From Bacillus subtilis subsp. subtilis str. 168 (GTDB lineage: Bacteria > Bacillota > Bacilli > Bacillales > Bacillaceae), in NCBI RefSeq assembly GCF_000009045.1, contig NC_000964.3:390001-422000 (forward strand): a stretch of DNA of 32,000 nucleotides, in the 5' to 3' direction. Under the pieces are notes generated by a model. That model was not told the DNA's origin. It did no database searches and worked only from the letters and a program-made list of their open reading frames with translations. The position numbers and the translations under genes are program-made. Positions within the stretch are counted from its first letter, which is position 1; the number at the start of each line of letters is the position of its first letter. This document shows positions 19,208 through 27,992 of this stretch, piece by piece.

Positions 19208-19951
19208 TTACAGCGGGTTCAAAATCCGGTTTAAGAACCGCTGTGTCCGTTCTTCTTTTGGTGCGGAGAAAATTTGCTCCGGCGGTCCCTGCTCCACGAT
19301 AACGCCGCCGTCGATGAAGATGACTTCATCCGCAACCTCCTGCGCGAACTTGATTTCGTGGGTCACGACGACCATGGTCCAGCCTTCATTGGCCAAGTCC
19401 TTGATAACCTTCAGCACCTCTCCGACAAGCTCGGGATCAAGCGCTGAGGTCGGTTCGTCAAACAGCATGAGCTCAGGCTGTATCGCCAGTGCGCGGGCGA
19501 TGCCGACGCGCTGCTGCTGGCCGCCGGAAAGCTGGAACGGATATAAATCCATTTTGTCCTTCAATCCGACTTTATCAAGAAGCTGAATCGCTTCTTTTCT
19601 GACTTCCTCTTTGTTCCGTTTTTGCACCTGAACAGGGCCCTCCATCACGTTTTCGAGGGCTGTGCGGTGCGGGAACAGGTGATACGCCTGAAACACCATT
19701 CCGGATTTTCGGCGAAGCTTTAGGATATCCGCCTGTTTCACCTTTTTGGAGAAATCGATGGAGAAATCATCAAATGCAAGCTCTCCGCGATTCGGGATCT
19801 CCAGAGCGTTCAGGCAGCGGAGCAGCGTCGTTTTCCCTGAACCTGAAGGCCCAAGTATGGCGATGACTTTTCCTTTTTCAATCTTCATATCTATCTTTTT
19901 TAAAATTTCATTTTCACCGAATGATTTGTTTAATCCTTTAACGGTAAGCAT
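19208..19951 (-). CDS. tcyC: Cystine ABC transporter, ATP-binding protein
   Basis: Walker [10 protein letters not shown], signature LSGGQQQR, Walker [13 protein letters not shown]. Start set at [11 protein letters not shown] (247 aa) rather than the longer track start. Confidence 0.93.
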   Translation of the reverse strand: MLTVKGLNKSFGENEILKKIDMKIEKGKVIAILGPSGSGKTTLLRCLNALEIPNRGELAFDDFSIDFSKKVKQADILKLRRKSGMVFQAYHLFPHRTALENVMEGPVQVQKRNKEEVRKEAIQLLDKVGLKDKMDLYPFQLSGGQQQRVGIARALAIQPELMLFDEPTSALDPELVGEVLKVIKDLANEGWTMVVVTHEIKFAQEVADEVIFIDGGVIVEQGPPEQIFSAPKEERTQRFLNRILNPL

Positions 19952-19964
19952 ACTCGGAACCTCC

Positions 19965-20669
19965 TTATTTGGCCACGTAGCGGTCAAGACGCCGTTCGAT
20001 GACATGCTGGACGAGTGAGAGCAGGAAGCAGATAATCCAATAAATAAAGGCTGCTTCAATATAGATCACTAAAATTTGATCAAGATTCCGCGCGCCGATT
20101 TCCTGGGCTTTTCTGAACAGCTCAGCGACCAGAATTTGAGAGGCGAGGGATGTATCTTTAATCAGGCTGATAAAGGTATTGGATAATGGCGGGATCGACA
20201 CACGAAACGCCTGCGGCAAAATGACGCGGAACAGCGTTTTTTGATGTGTCATGCCAATTGTGTAGCCGGCTTCCCATTGCCCTTTCGGCACGGATAAAAT
20301 AGATGCCCGAATGATTTCAGATGCATAGGCGCCGACGTTTAATGAAAAGGCGATAACTGCGCTTGGAAATGGATCTAATGTGACGTTAAAGGCCGGGAAC
20401 AGATAGAAAATGATGAACAATTGAACGAGAAGAGGAGTGCCGCGTATTGCGGATACGTATACGCTGAACACCCATCTCAAAGGTCTCACTTTCGACATTC
20501 TGGCAAGCGCCGTAATCAGCGCCAGGATCATTCCGAATATAAAGGAAAGAATCGTAAGGGGAATCGTATAGTAGATTCCCCCTGAAAGTATCGGCCAGAA
20601 TGACTGCTGCACCAGATCCCACGGGATCGCCGTGCCAAGCGTCAATGCCGGCAGATTATTTAGAAACAT
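19965..20669 (-). CDS. tcyB: Cystine ABC transporter, permease
   Basis: 234 aa polar amino-acid permease with the EAA-like loop ([30 protein letters not shown]). Confidence 0.92.
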   Translation of the reverse strand: MFLNNLPALTLGTAIPWDLVQQSFWPILSGGIYYTIPLTILSFIFGMILALITALARMSKVRPLRWVFSVYVSAIRGTPLLVQLFIIFYLFPAFNVTLDPFPSAVIAFSLNVGAYASEIIRASILSVPKGQWEAGYTIGMTHQKTLFRVILPQAFRVSIPPLSNTFISLIKDTSLASQILVAELFRKAQEIGARNLDQILVIYIEAAFIYWIICFLLSLVQHVIERRLDRYVAK

Positions 20670-21462
20670 CTTCGCCGAACCATTTTTTAGAAATTTTAGA
20701 AAGAGTCCCGTCCTCTTTCATTTCTTTTAATGCTTTGTTGACTTGATCAACAACCTCGCCGCTTCCTTTACGGAACGTGAAATATGTTGACTGAGGCTCA
20801 CCTGTTTCAAACGCGATTTTCACGTTTTTATTGCCAGATGTTTTTAAGTAGTTCAATACGGCAAGCTTATCGTTGTATGTCATATCGACGCGGCCTTGCT
20901 GGATCATTTGAAGGGCCTGCGCCATGCCTTCAACGCCTTCTACTTTAGCGCCGGCATTTGTAGCTAATTTGTTGTAGTTGCTTGTCAGTGATTGAGCTGA
21001 CGTTTTTCCTTTTACATCTGCTTCAGACTTAATATCGTTGTTGTCTTTTTTCGTTACGACAACGGCTCTTGATGTTGTGTATTTATCTGAGAAATCATAT
21101 TTGTCTTCACGATCTGTTTTTCCGACTTGGTTGGCAACAACGTCAAACCGTTTGGAATTCAGGCCGGCAAACATACTGTCCCATTGTGTTTCCTTAAAGT
21201 CGACTTTAAGCCCGAGGCGTTTTGCGACTTCTGTGATAACTTCGACATCATAGCCAGTCAGTTTATCAGTGTCTTTGTCGTGGTAAGTGAACGGCTCATA
21301 TGTTCCTTCCGTTCCGACTGTGAGCACACCTTTTTTCTTAATTGAAGCCCAAAGATCGCCATCTTTGGCATTATCTTTTGACTGATTGTCATTTCCTGCT
21401 CCGCAAGCTGCAAGAGCTGCAATACTTACGACCATGAATAAAGCCAATAATGCTTTTTTCAT
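20656..21462 (-). CDS. tcyA: Cystine ABC transporter, substrate-binding lipoprotein
   Basis: Lipobox-like SIAALAACG and an extracellular solute-binding family 3 sequence. Start at MKKALLALF (268 aa); the track ORF runs to 21474. Confidence 0.93.
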   Translation of the reverse strand: MKKALLALFMVVSIAALAACGAGNDNQSKDNAKDGDLWASIKKKGVLTVGTEGTYEPFTYHDKDTDKLTGYDVEVITEVAKRLGLKVDFKETQWDSMFAGLNSKRFDVVANQVGKTDREDKYDFSDKYTTSRAVVVTKKDNNDIKSEADVKGKTSAQSLTSNYNKLATNAGAKVEGVEGMAQALQMIQQGRVDMTYNDKLAVLNYLKTSGNKNVKIAFETGEPQSTYFTFRKGSGEVVDQVNKALKEMKEDGTLSKISKKWFGEDVSK

Positions 21463-21521
21463 CTTATTCCCCACTTTTCTGGTTGATTTTATTGAAATAA
21501 AAAATTAGCTTACAAATCTAA

Positions 21522-21549
21522 AGGATAACTTTTTTTTAGTATGAGTCAA
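21522..21549 (-). promoter_or_regulatory. Predicted promoter of tcyABC
   Basis: Minus strand TTGACT (rc 21544-21549), 16-bp spacer, TATCCT (rc 21522-21527). Confidence 0.4.
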
Positions 21550-21577
21550 GTATTTGGTTTTCATAAGACAAAATCTT

Positions 21578-22450
21578 TTAAAATAAATCCAAAAATTGCT
21601 GTGCCGGTTTAGGCAAATAACTGTCCGTTCTCCACATGACAGCCGGTGTCATAATGAAGGGATTATTTTCGATATGGACGGTGTGAACGTGATTTCTCAT
21701 ATGAACGGGAATCATTGTGACAGGCAAAATAGACGCGCCGAATCCGGATGACACGAGGCTGAGCAAAGTTGCAGAGTCGTGGCATTCACAAACAATGCGC
21801 GGCTCCAGGTTCAAACGATGAAATTCATTCATGACCTGATTATAGACGCCTTTTCCGTTGACAGGCCGCAGCAGGATCAGCGGAAATGAAGGAATGTCCA
21901 CCATCTTAATGGTGTCTCCGCACGGATATCCGGCTTCATCTGAAAGCACGAGCACACATGGAATGTCATCAAGCTGCTTGAATTGTACTGTGTCACTTTT
22001 GATCAGTGTTGTCGTGACCGCCGCATCGATTTGCCGGCTTTCCAGCAGTTCCAACAGTGTCGCGGGTTCATTTTCCCAAATATTAAAGGTGAGATGGGGG
22101 TATCTCTCTTTGATCTGTGTTACTTTTTCAAGCATCAGAGCCGCGCAATAAATCGTTGATCCCACGGCAAGTGTACCGGCTACTTCCTCCTTCAGCTCCT
22201 GTACCTCAATGACTGCATCTTCAAACCTATGCAGAATCTCTTTTGCTCTTTTTAGAAAAACAGCTCCTTCATATGTAAGAGTCATTTGTTTTTTCTTGTT
22301 ACGGTCAAACAGAACAACACCAAGTTCGTCCTCCAGCTGTTTGAGCTGCCTGCTTAAAGGCGGCTGCGCCATGTGAAGCTTTTTGGCTGCGGACGTAATT
22401 TTCTGTTCTTGGGCAATGGTAATGAAGTATCGAAGCTGGCGAATATCCAA
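21578..22450 (-). CDS. bsdA: LysR-family transcriptional regulator (salicylate/phenolic acid response)
   Basis: MDIRQLRYFITIAQEQKITSAAKKLHMAQPPLSRQLKQLEDELG is a typical LysR N-terminus. AAGGAGG lies 9 nt upstream of a TTG start at 22450 (290 aa). Confidence 0.92.
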   Translation of the reverse strand: MDIRQLRYFITIAQEQKITSAAKKLHMAQPPLSRQLKQLEDELGVVLFDRNKKKQMTLTYEGAVFLKRAKEILHRFEDAVIEVQELKEEVAGTLAVGSTIYCAALMLEKVTQIKERYPHLTFNIWENEPATLLELLESRQIDAAVTTTLIKSDTVQFKQLDDIPCVLVLSDEAGYPCGDTIKMVDIPSFPLILLRPVNGKGVYNQVMNEFHRLNLEPRIVCECHDSATLLSLVSSGFGASILPVTMIPVHMRNHVHTVHIENNPFIMTPAVMWRTDSYLPKPAQQFLDLF

Positions 22451-22469
22451 AAGAAAGCGCCTCCTTATC

Positions 22470-22484
22470 ATACCTTTTAGGTAT
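22470..22484. promoter_or_regulatory. LysR-type operator candidate between bsdA and bsdB
   Basis: ATACCTTTTAGGTAT: inverted ATACC/GGTAT arms, 15 bp, T-N11-A type. Confidence 0.6.
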
Positions 22485-22539
22485 TAATTATAGATTTAAT
22501 AGATATTTTTCATATGGATATATCAGGAGTATGATTGAA

Positions 22540-23154
22540 ATGAAAGCAGAATTCAAGCGTAAAGGAGGGGGCAAAGTGAAACTCGTTGTCGGAATGACAG
22601 GGGCAACAGGGGCCATTTTCGGGGTCAGGCTGCTGCAGTGGCTGAAGGCCGCCGGAGTGGAAACCCATCTCGTTGTGTCTCCTTGGGCAAACGTCACGAT
22701 CAAACACGAAACAGGCTATACGTTACAAGAAGTAGAACAACTGGCCACATACACTTACTCACATAAGGATCAGGCGGCAGCCATTTCAAGCGGGTCGTTT
22801 GATACCGATGGAATGATTGTTGCGCCGTGCAGCATGAAATCTCTCGCAAGCATTCGCACAGGAATGGCGGATAATCTGCTGACACGTGCGGCGGATGTCA
22901 TGCTCAAGGAGAGAAAAAAACTCGTCCTCTTAACGAGAGAGACGCCTTTGAACCAAATTCATCTCGAAAATATGCTAGCGCTTACGAAAATGGGCACCAT
23001 CATTCTTCCTCCGATGCCGGCATTTTATAATCGGCCGAGAAGCTTAGAGGAAATGGTTGACCATATTGTTTTTAGAACGTTGGACCAATTCGGCATTCGG
23101 CTTCCTGAAGCGAAGCGCTGGAATGGGATTGAAAAACAAAAAGGAGGAGCTTGA
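22540..23154 (+). CDS. bsdB: UbiX-like flavin prenyltransferase of the phenolic acid decarboxylase system
   Basis: KLVVGMTGATGAIFGVRLLQWLK, UbiX/Pad1 family. Conventional ATG 22540 (204 aa); GTG 22576 is a plausible alternative start. Confidence 0.92.
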   Translation: MKAEFKRKGGGKVKLVVGMTGATGAIFGVRLLQWLKAAGVETHLVVSPWANVTIKHETGYTLQEVEQLATYTYSHKDQAAAISSGSFDTDGMIVAPCSMKSLASIRTGMADNLLTRAADVMLKERKKLVLLTRETPLNQIHLENMLALTKMGTIILPPMPAFYNRPRSLEEMVDHIVFRTLDQFGIRLPEAKRWNGIEKQKGGA

Positions 23155-23156
23155 TC

Positions 23157-24578
23157 ATGGCTTATCAAGATTTCAGAGAATTTCTCGCTGCCCTTGAAAA
23201 AGAAGGACAGCTGCTTACAGTGAATGAAGAGGTAAAGCCGGAACCGGATTTAGGGGCCTCCGCACGGGCAGCCAGCAATCTTGGCGATAAAAGCCCTGCG
23301 CTCTTATTTAACAACATTTACGGCTATCATAACGCGCGAATTGCGATGAATGTCATCGGCTCTTGGCCAAACCATGCCATGATGCTGGGCATGCCGAAAG
23401 ACACACCGGTAAAAGAACAGTTTTTTGAATTCGCAAAGCGTTATGACCAGTTTCCGATGCCGGTCAAACGTGAGGAAACAGCGCCATTTCATGAAAATGA
23501 AATCACAGAAGATATCAATTTGTTCGATATACTGCCTCTTTTCAGAATTAACCAGGGTGATGGAGGCTACTATTTAGACAAAGCATGTGTCATTTCCCGT
23601 GATCTTGAGGACCCTGACAACTTCGGCAAACAAAATGTCGGCATTTACAGAATGCAAGTCAAAGGAAAAGACCGCCTTGGCATTCAGCCTGTCCCGCAGC
23701 ACGATATTGCAATCCATCTGCGCCAAGCTGAAGAACGCGGCATCAACCTTCCGGTCACTATTGCGCTCGGCTGTGAGCCGGTCATTACAACGGCGGCATC
23801 GACTCCGCTTCTCTATGATCAATCAGAATACGAAATGGCAGGTGCGATTCAAGGCGAACCATATCGCATCGTCAAATCAAAGCTGTCTGATCTTGATGTT
23901 CCGTGGGGCGCTGAAGTGGTGCTTGAAGGTGAGATTATTGCCGGAGAGCGCGAATATGAAGGGCCGTTCGGTGAATTCACAGGCCATTATTCCGGCGGAC
24001 GCAGCATGCCGATTATCAAAATTAAACGCGTCTATCACAGAAACAATCCGATCTTTGAACATTTATACTTAGGCATGCCTTGGACAGAATGCGATTACAT
24101 GATCGGCATTAACACATGCGTGCCGCTTTATCAGCAGTTAAAAGAAGCGTATCCGAACGAAATTGTGGCAGTGAACGCCATGTACACACACGGTTTAATC
24201 GCGATTGTTTCCACAAAAACCCGCTATGGCGGATTTGCGAAAGCGGTCGGCATGCGCGCACTCACAACGCCGCACGGACTCGGCTACTGCAAAATGGTCA
24301 TAGTCGTTGATGAGGATGTCGATCCATTCAACCTTCCGCAGGTCATGTGGGCGCTTTCGACCAAAATGCATCCGAAACATGATGCGGTCATCATTCCGGA
24401 CTTATCTGTCCTGCCGCTTGATCCGGGATCCAATCCATCAGGAATCACTCACAAAATGATTCTCGACGCCACTACACCGGTTGCGCCGGAAACAAGAGGC
24501 CATTATTCACAGCCGCTTGATTCTCCGCTAACAACGAAAGAATGGGAACAAAAACTAATGGACTTAATGAATAAATAA
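23157..24578 (+). CDS. bsdC: UbiD-family phenolic acid decarboxylase
   Basis: 473 aa from MAYQDFREFLAALE; UbiD family; strong RBS AAGGAGG upstream. Confidence 0.95.
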   Translation: MAYQDFREFLAALEKEGQLLTVNEEVKPEPDLGASARAASNLGDKSPALLFNNIYGYHNARIAMNVIGSWPNHAMMLGMPKDTPVKEQFFEFAKRYDQFPMPVKREETAPFHENEITEDINLFDILPLFRINQGDGGYYLDKACVISRDLEDPDNFGKQNVGIYRMQVKGKDRLGIQPVPQHDIAIHLRQAEERGINLPVTIALGCEPVITTAASTPLLYDQSEYEMAGAIQGEPYRIVKSKLSDLDVPWGAEVVLEGEIIAGEREYEGPFGEFTGHYSGGRSMPIIKIKRVYHRNNPIFEHLYLGMPWTECDYMIGINTCVPLYQQLKEAYPNEIVAVNAMYTHGLIAIVSTKTRYGGFAKAVGMRALTTPHGLGYCKMVIVVDEDVDPFNLPQVMWALSTKMHPKHDAVIIPDLSVLPLDPGSNPSGITHKMILDATTPVAPETRGHYSQPLDSPLTTKEWEQKLMDLMNK

Positions 24579-24594
24579 GGAAAGGATGTTCGAA

Positions 24595-24822
24595 ATGCAT
24601 ACATGTCCTCGATGCGACTCAAAAAAGGGAGAAGTCATGAGCAAATCGCCTGTAGAAGGCGCATGGGAAGTTTATCAGTGCCAAACATGCTTTTTTACAT
24701 GGAGATCCTGTGAACCGGAAAGCATTACAAATCCCGAAAAATACAATCCAGCGTTTAAAATTGATCCAAAGGAAACAGAAACAGCAATTGAAGTTCCGGC
24801 GGTGCCGGAACGAAAGGCTTGA
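24595..24822 (+). CDS. bsdD: Small Zn-finger-like subunit of phenolic acid decarboxylase
   Basis: MHTCPRCDSKKG...VYQCQTCFFTWR: paired CxxC motifs, 75 aa, follows bsdC. Confidence 0.93.
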   Translation: MHTCPRCDSKKGEVMSKSPVEGAWEVYQCQTCFFTWRSCEPESITNPEKYNPAFKIDPKETETAIEVPAVPERKA

Positions 24823-25283
24823 TCCGCGTGAACTGTATGTCAGACCGTCTCTTTGAGCTGCTTGACGGGAGCTGCCTGAATGAGAAGCAGCATGAGGCCT
24901 TCGTTCTGCAAACAGTATCAGAGGATGGCTGGCCGCATGCCGCTATGATCAGTGCAGGTGAAATCATCGCGCTGAGCCGAACTGATATCCGAATCGCTCT
25001 GTGGAAAAACACAATGACTTCGGCCAACATCCTTCGCACAGGAAAAGCACAGTTCACGGCGTGGTGGAAGGGAGCGGCCTATTATGTAAAGCTTGAATGC
25101 GCGCCTTTACCGCCTTTGAAAGATGCCGAATATGAAAGAGACCGTTTTTCCTGCCGCATCGTTTCAGTGAAAGAGGACGTTGCGAAATACGCTGATTTGA
25201 CTTCAGGTGTCCGTATACAGCTTCACAGCCCTGAAGAGGTGCTGAGCAGATGGAAAAAGACCCTGGAAGATTTAAAACGGTAA
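24819..25283 (+). CDS. yclD: Pyridoxamine 5'-phosphate oxidase-like flavin-binding protein
   Basis: 154 aa; RTGKAQFTAWWKGAAYYVKLEC pattern of the split-barrel FMN fold. Its TTG overlaps the bsdD TGA. Confidence 0.7.
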   Translation: MIRVNCMSDRLFELLDGSCLNEKQHEAFVLQTVSEDGWPHAAMISAGEIIALSRTDIRIALWKNTMTSANILRTGKAQFTAWWKGAAYYVKLECAPLPPLKDAEYERDRFSCRIVSVKEDVAKYADLTSGVRIQLHSPEEVLSRWKKTLEDLKR

Positions 25284-25290
25284 TATCGAT

Positions 25291-25319
25291 AGCCTGACGC
25301 CATGCGTCAGGCTTTTTTT
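25291..25319 (+). terminator. Terminator of the bsdBCD-yclD operon
   Basis: AGCCTGACGC-CAT-GCGTCAGGCT followed by a T tract. Confidence 0.85.
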
Positions 25320-25349
25320 ATATAATGAAAACAAAAGGGGGCGTGAGAA

Positions 25350-26195
25350 ATGGAACGTGCGGGGATCTGTCACTCGGACGGCTTTGATTTAGCTTATCGA
25401 ATTGAGGGCGAGGGCGCACCCATCCTTGTGATCGGGAGTGCGGTTTACTATCCGCGCCTTTTTTCCTCAGATATCAAACAGAAATATCAATGGGTCTTTG
25501 TCGACCATAGGGGATTTGCTAAGCCTAAGCGGGAGCTTCGTGCGGAGGATTCGAGGCTTGATGCTGTCTTGGCTGATATCGAAAGGATGAGAACATTTCT
25601 TCAGCTTGAGGATGTTACTATCCTGGGACATTCCGGGCACGCTTTTATGGCTTTAGAGTATGCCAGGACATATCCCAAACAAGTTCGGAAGGTGGCGCTC
25701 TTTAATACTGCGCCTGATAACAGTGAAGAAAGACAGCGAAAAAGCGAATCATTTTTCATGGAAACAGCCAGTCTTGAGAGAAAGAAACGCTTTGAAAAAG
25801 ACATCGAGAATTTGCCGCAGGACATCGACAAAGATCCTGAAAGGCGCTTTGTGCACATGTGTATTCGCGCTGAAGCGAAAAGCTTTTATCAAGAGCGGCC
25901 GCATGCTGCTGCCTTATGGGACGGTGTATTCACGAATATGCCGATCATTGATGAATTATGGGGCAATACATTTGCCCGGATTGATCTTCTTCAGCGGTTA
26001 GCTGATGTTCGTATGCCGGTGTATATCGGATTAGGGAGATATGATTATTTGGTTGCGCCCGTTTCGCTATGGGATGCTGTTGACGGTTTATATCCCCATG
26101 TTGATAAGGTTATTTTTGAAAAGAGCGGCCATCAGCCGATGCTGGAAGAACCGGAAGCCTTTGATCAAAGCTTCAGGAAATGGCTTGATCAATAA
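25350..26195 (+). CDS. yclE: Alpha/beta hydrolase
   Basis: 281 aa; VFVDHRGF, nucleophile motif LGHSGHAF, C-terminal SGHQPMLEEP. Confidence 0.88.
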   Translation: MERAGICHSDGFDLAYRIEGEGAPILVIGSAVYYPRLFSSDIKQKYQWVFVDHRGFAKPKRELRAEDSRLDAVLADIERMRTFLQLEDVTILGHSGHAFMALEYARTYPKQVRKVALFNTAPDNSEERQRKSESFFMETASLERKKRFEKDIENLPQDIDKDPERRFVHMCIRAEAKSFYQERPHAAALWDGVFTNMPIIDELWGNTFARIDLLQRLADVRMPVYIGLGRYDYLVAPVSLWDAVDGLYPHVDKVIFEKSGHQPMLEEPEAFDQSFRKWLDQ

Positions 26196-26196
26196 A

Positions 26197-26230
26197 AAAC
26201 AGCCCGCAGATCAACATCCGCGGGCTGTTT
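26197..26230. terminator. Bidirectional terminator between yclE and dtpT
   Basis: AAACAGCCCGC / GCGGGCTGTTT inverted repeat between convergent genes. Confidence 0.8.
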
Positions 26231-26234
26231 CTGA

Positions 26235-27713
26235 TTATAAGACCCCTTTCATCGCGCGTTTGATCACCGGCGAGAGCAGCAGGAGAATGCCGCCAAGAAC
26301 GATAGAAATCAAACCGATGGTGCCGAAGTACATTGTTTCAGGAATTTTATCAAACAATCCGGCTACTTGGGCATTGATCGCTTGGGCTGCTGCGTTCGTC
26401 AGAAACCACATACTCATTGTCTGTGCAGAGAAGGCAGCTGGTGCCAGTTTCGTTGTCACGGATAAACCGACTGGAGACAGGCACAGCTCTCCAAGCACGA
26501 CAAGCAGGAAGCTGAGAACGAGCCAAAGCGGGCTTACGAGTGCTTCTTTTCCTTGCATAGCAGGGAATACCATAATGATAAATGACAATCCGGCTAAAAT
26601 AATTCCGATTGAGAATTTAACTGGTGTAGACGGCTGACGTTTGCCAAGCTTCATCCAGAGCCATGCGAATATTGGCGCAAAAATGACAACAAACAATGGA
26701 TTTAATGATTGGAACCATGATGACTGAAGTTCGAATCCGCCCAATGAAAGTCTTATGCGTTCATCAGCGTATACCGCAAGAATGGTCGCTCCCTGTTCCT
26801 GAATGGCCCAGAACATGACAGCACCGATAAACAAAGGAACGTAAGCGGCAAGACGGGATTTTTCTGTTTTGTCCGCTTTTTTGCTTGTAAACATGATGAT
26901 GAAATAAATCACAGGAATCAAAATACCGAGAATACTTACAAGGTCAATGAAACGTTTGATCGTCAGCACGCCTGTTTGTACAGAGATAATCACTGCGATC
27001 GCCACAATGATAACACCGATTCCGGTGCCAATTGCAGATTTTTTAGACAGCGGATTCGGCACATTGGAACCTGCAAGCCCGAGGTTTTTCTTTCTTGTCA
27101 AAGCAAATACGATAAGTCCGAGAAGCATTCCGACCGCGGCAGCTCCGAATCCGAGATGATAGTTGTACTTCTGTCCGAGTGTTCCGACAATTAACGGCGC
27201 GAGTAAACCACCGAGGTTAATCCCCATGTAGAAAATACTGAAACCTGAGTCGCGGCGCGGGTCTTCTTTCGTGTAAAGATCCCCAACTACGCTTGAAACG
27301 TTTGGTTTTAATAAGCCTGTTCCGACAATGATAAGCACCATACTGATATAGAATGCTATCGAACTGCCCGGATAGGCGAGTGCAATGTGGCCGAACATAA
27401 TGAATATGCCGCCGTAAAACACGGTGTTTGCGGTACCGAATACCCGGTCAGCGAGCCATCCGCCAATAATGGTGGACATGTATACGAGTGATCCGTAAAT
27501 CGACATAATGGCAACCGCAGTGCCCTTGTCAAAGCCGAGCCCTCCGTTTACCGTCTCTGTATACAAATAGTAAAGTAAGATTGCTCTCATTCCATAGTAA
27601 GAGAAACGCTCCCAAAATTCGGTGAAAAATAGTGTAAATAGTCCTCGCGGGTGACCAAAGAACCCTTTTTGCGGGACGCTTTTAATGATACTTTCGTTAT
27701 CAATCGAAGCCAT
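26235..27713 (-). CDS. dtpT: Proton-coupled di-/tripeptide transporter (POT/PTR family)
   Basis: TEFWERFSYYGMRAILLYYLY is a PTR signature; 492 aa from MASIDNES. Formerly yclF. Confidence 0.92.
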   Translation of the reverse strand: MASIDNESIIKSVPQKGFFGHPRGLFTLFFTEFWERFSYYGMRAILLYYLYTETVNGGLGFDKGTAVAIMSIYGSLVYMSTIIGGWLADRVFGTANTVFYGGIFIMFGHIALAYPGSSIAFYISMVLIIVGTGLLKPNVSSVVGDLYTKEDPRRDSGFSIFYMGINLGGLLAPLIVGTLGQKYNYHLGFGAAAVGMLLGLIVFALTRKKNLGLAGSNVPNPLSKKSAIGTGIGVIIVAIAVIISVQTGVLTIKRFIDLVSILGILIPVIYFIIMFTSKKADKTEKSRLAAYVPLFIGAVMFWAIQEQGATILAVYADERIRLSLGGFELQSSWFQSLNPLFVVIFAPIFAWLWMKLGKRQPSTPVKFSIGIILAGLSFIIMVFPAMQGKEALVSPLWLVLSFLLVVLGELCLSPVGLSVTTKLAPAAFSAQTMSMWFLTNAAAQAINAQVAGLFDKIPETMYFGTIGLISIVLGGILLLLSPVIKRAMKGVL

Positions 27714-27751
27714 GTCAGCCAAACCCTTTCTAAAAAAAGTGTATTATAAAA

Positions 27752-27780
27752 ATCATATTCTTATATAATACTTGTGTCAA
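27752..27780 (-). promoter_or_regulatory. Predicted sigma-A promoter of dtpT
   Basis: Minus strand TTGACA (rc 27775-27780), 17-bp spacer, TATGAT (rc 27752-27757). Confidence 0.7.
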
Positions 27781-27992
27781 TATAATTTATACTCATTTCA
27801 AATAGTTCCATATTGGAAAAATTATAAATACCTAAAAATAGTGATTTCCTCCTAATTTTTAAACTTTTTATCGTGAGATTTTCTTACACAACTATTCCTT
27901 TATATTTTTTTAATAAAATTTTAGAGAAATGTACAAGCAGATCGGGCCTTTGTGAGTAACATGATAGTAATCATAGAGAAGGAGGCTCGCAA

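Noticed and set aside
23587-24072. 161-aa plus-strand ORF overlapping bsdC
   Set aside because: It is a shadow frame of the conserved UbiD-family gene, with low-complexity serine/arginine content and no domain.
26041-26637. 198-aa plus-strand ORF spanning the yclE end and dtpT antisense
   Set aside because: It crosses the yclE/dtpT terminator and overlaps two supported genes in other frames; no motif.
27925-27941. Possible CodY-like box (AATTTTAGAGAAATG) upstream of yclG
   Set aside because: Only about two thirds of positions match AATTTTCWGAAAATT in very AT-rich sequence, which is expected by chance.
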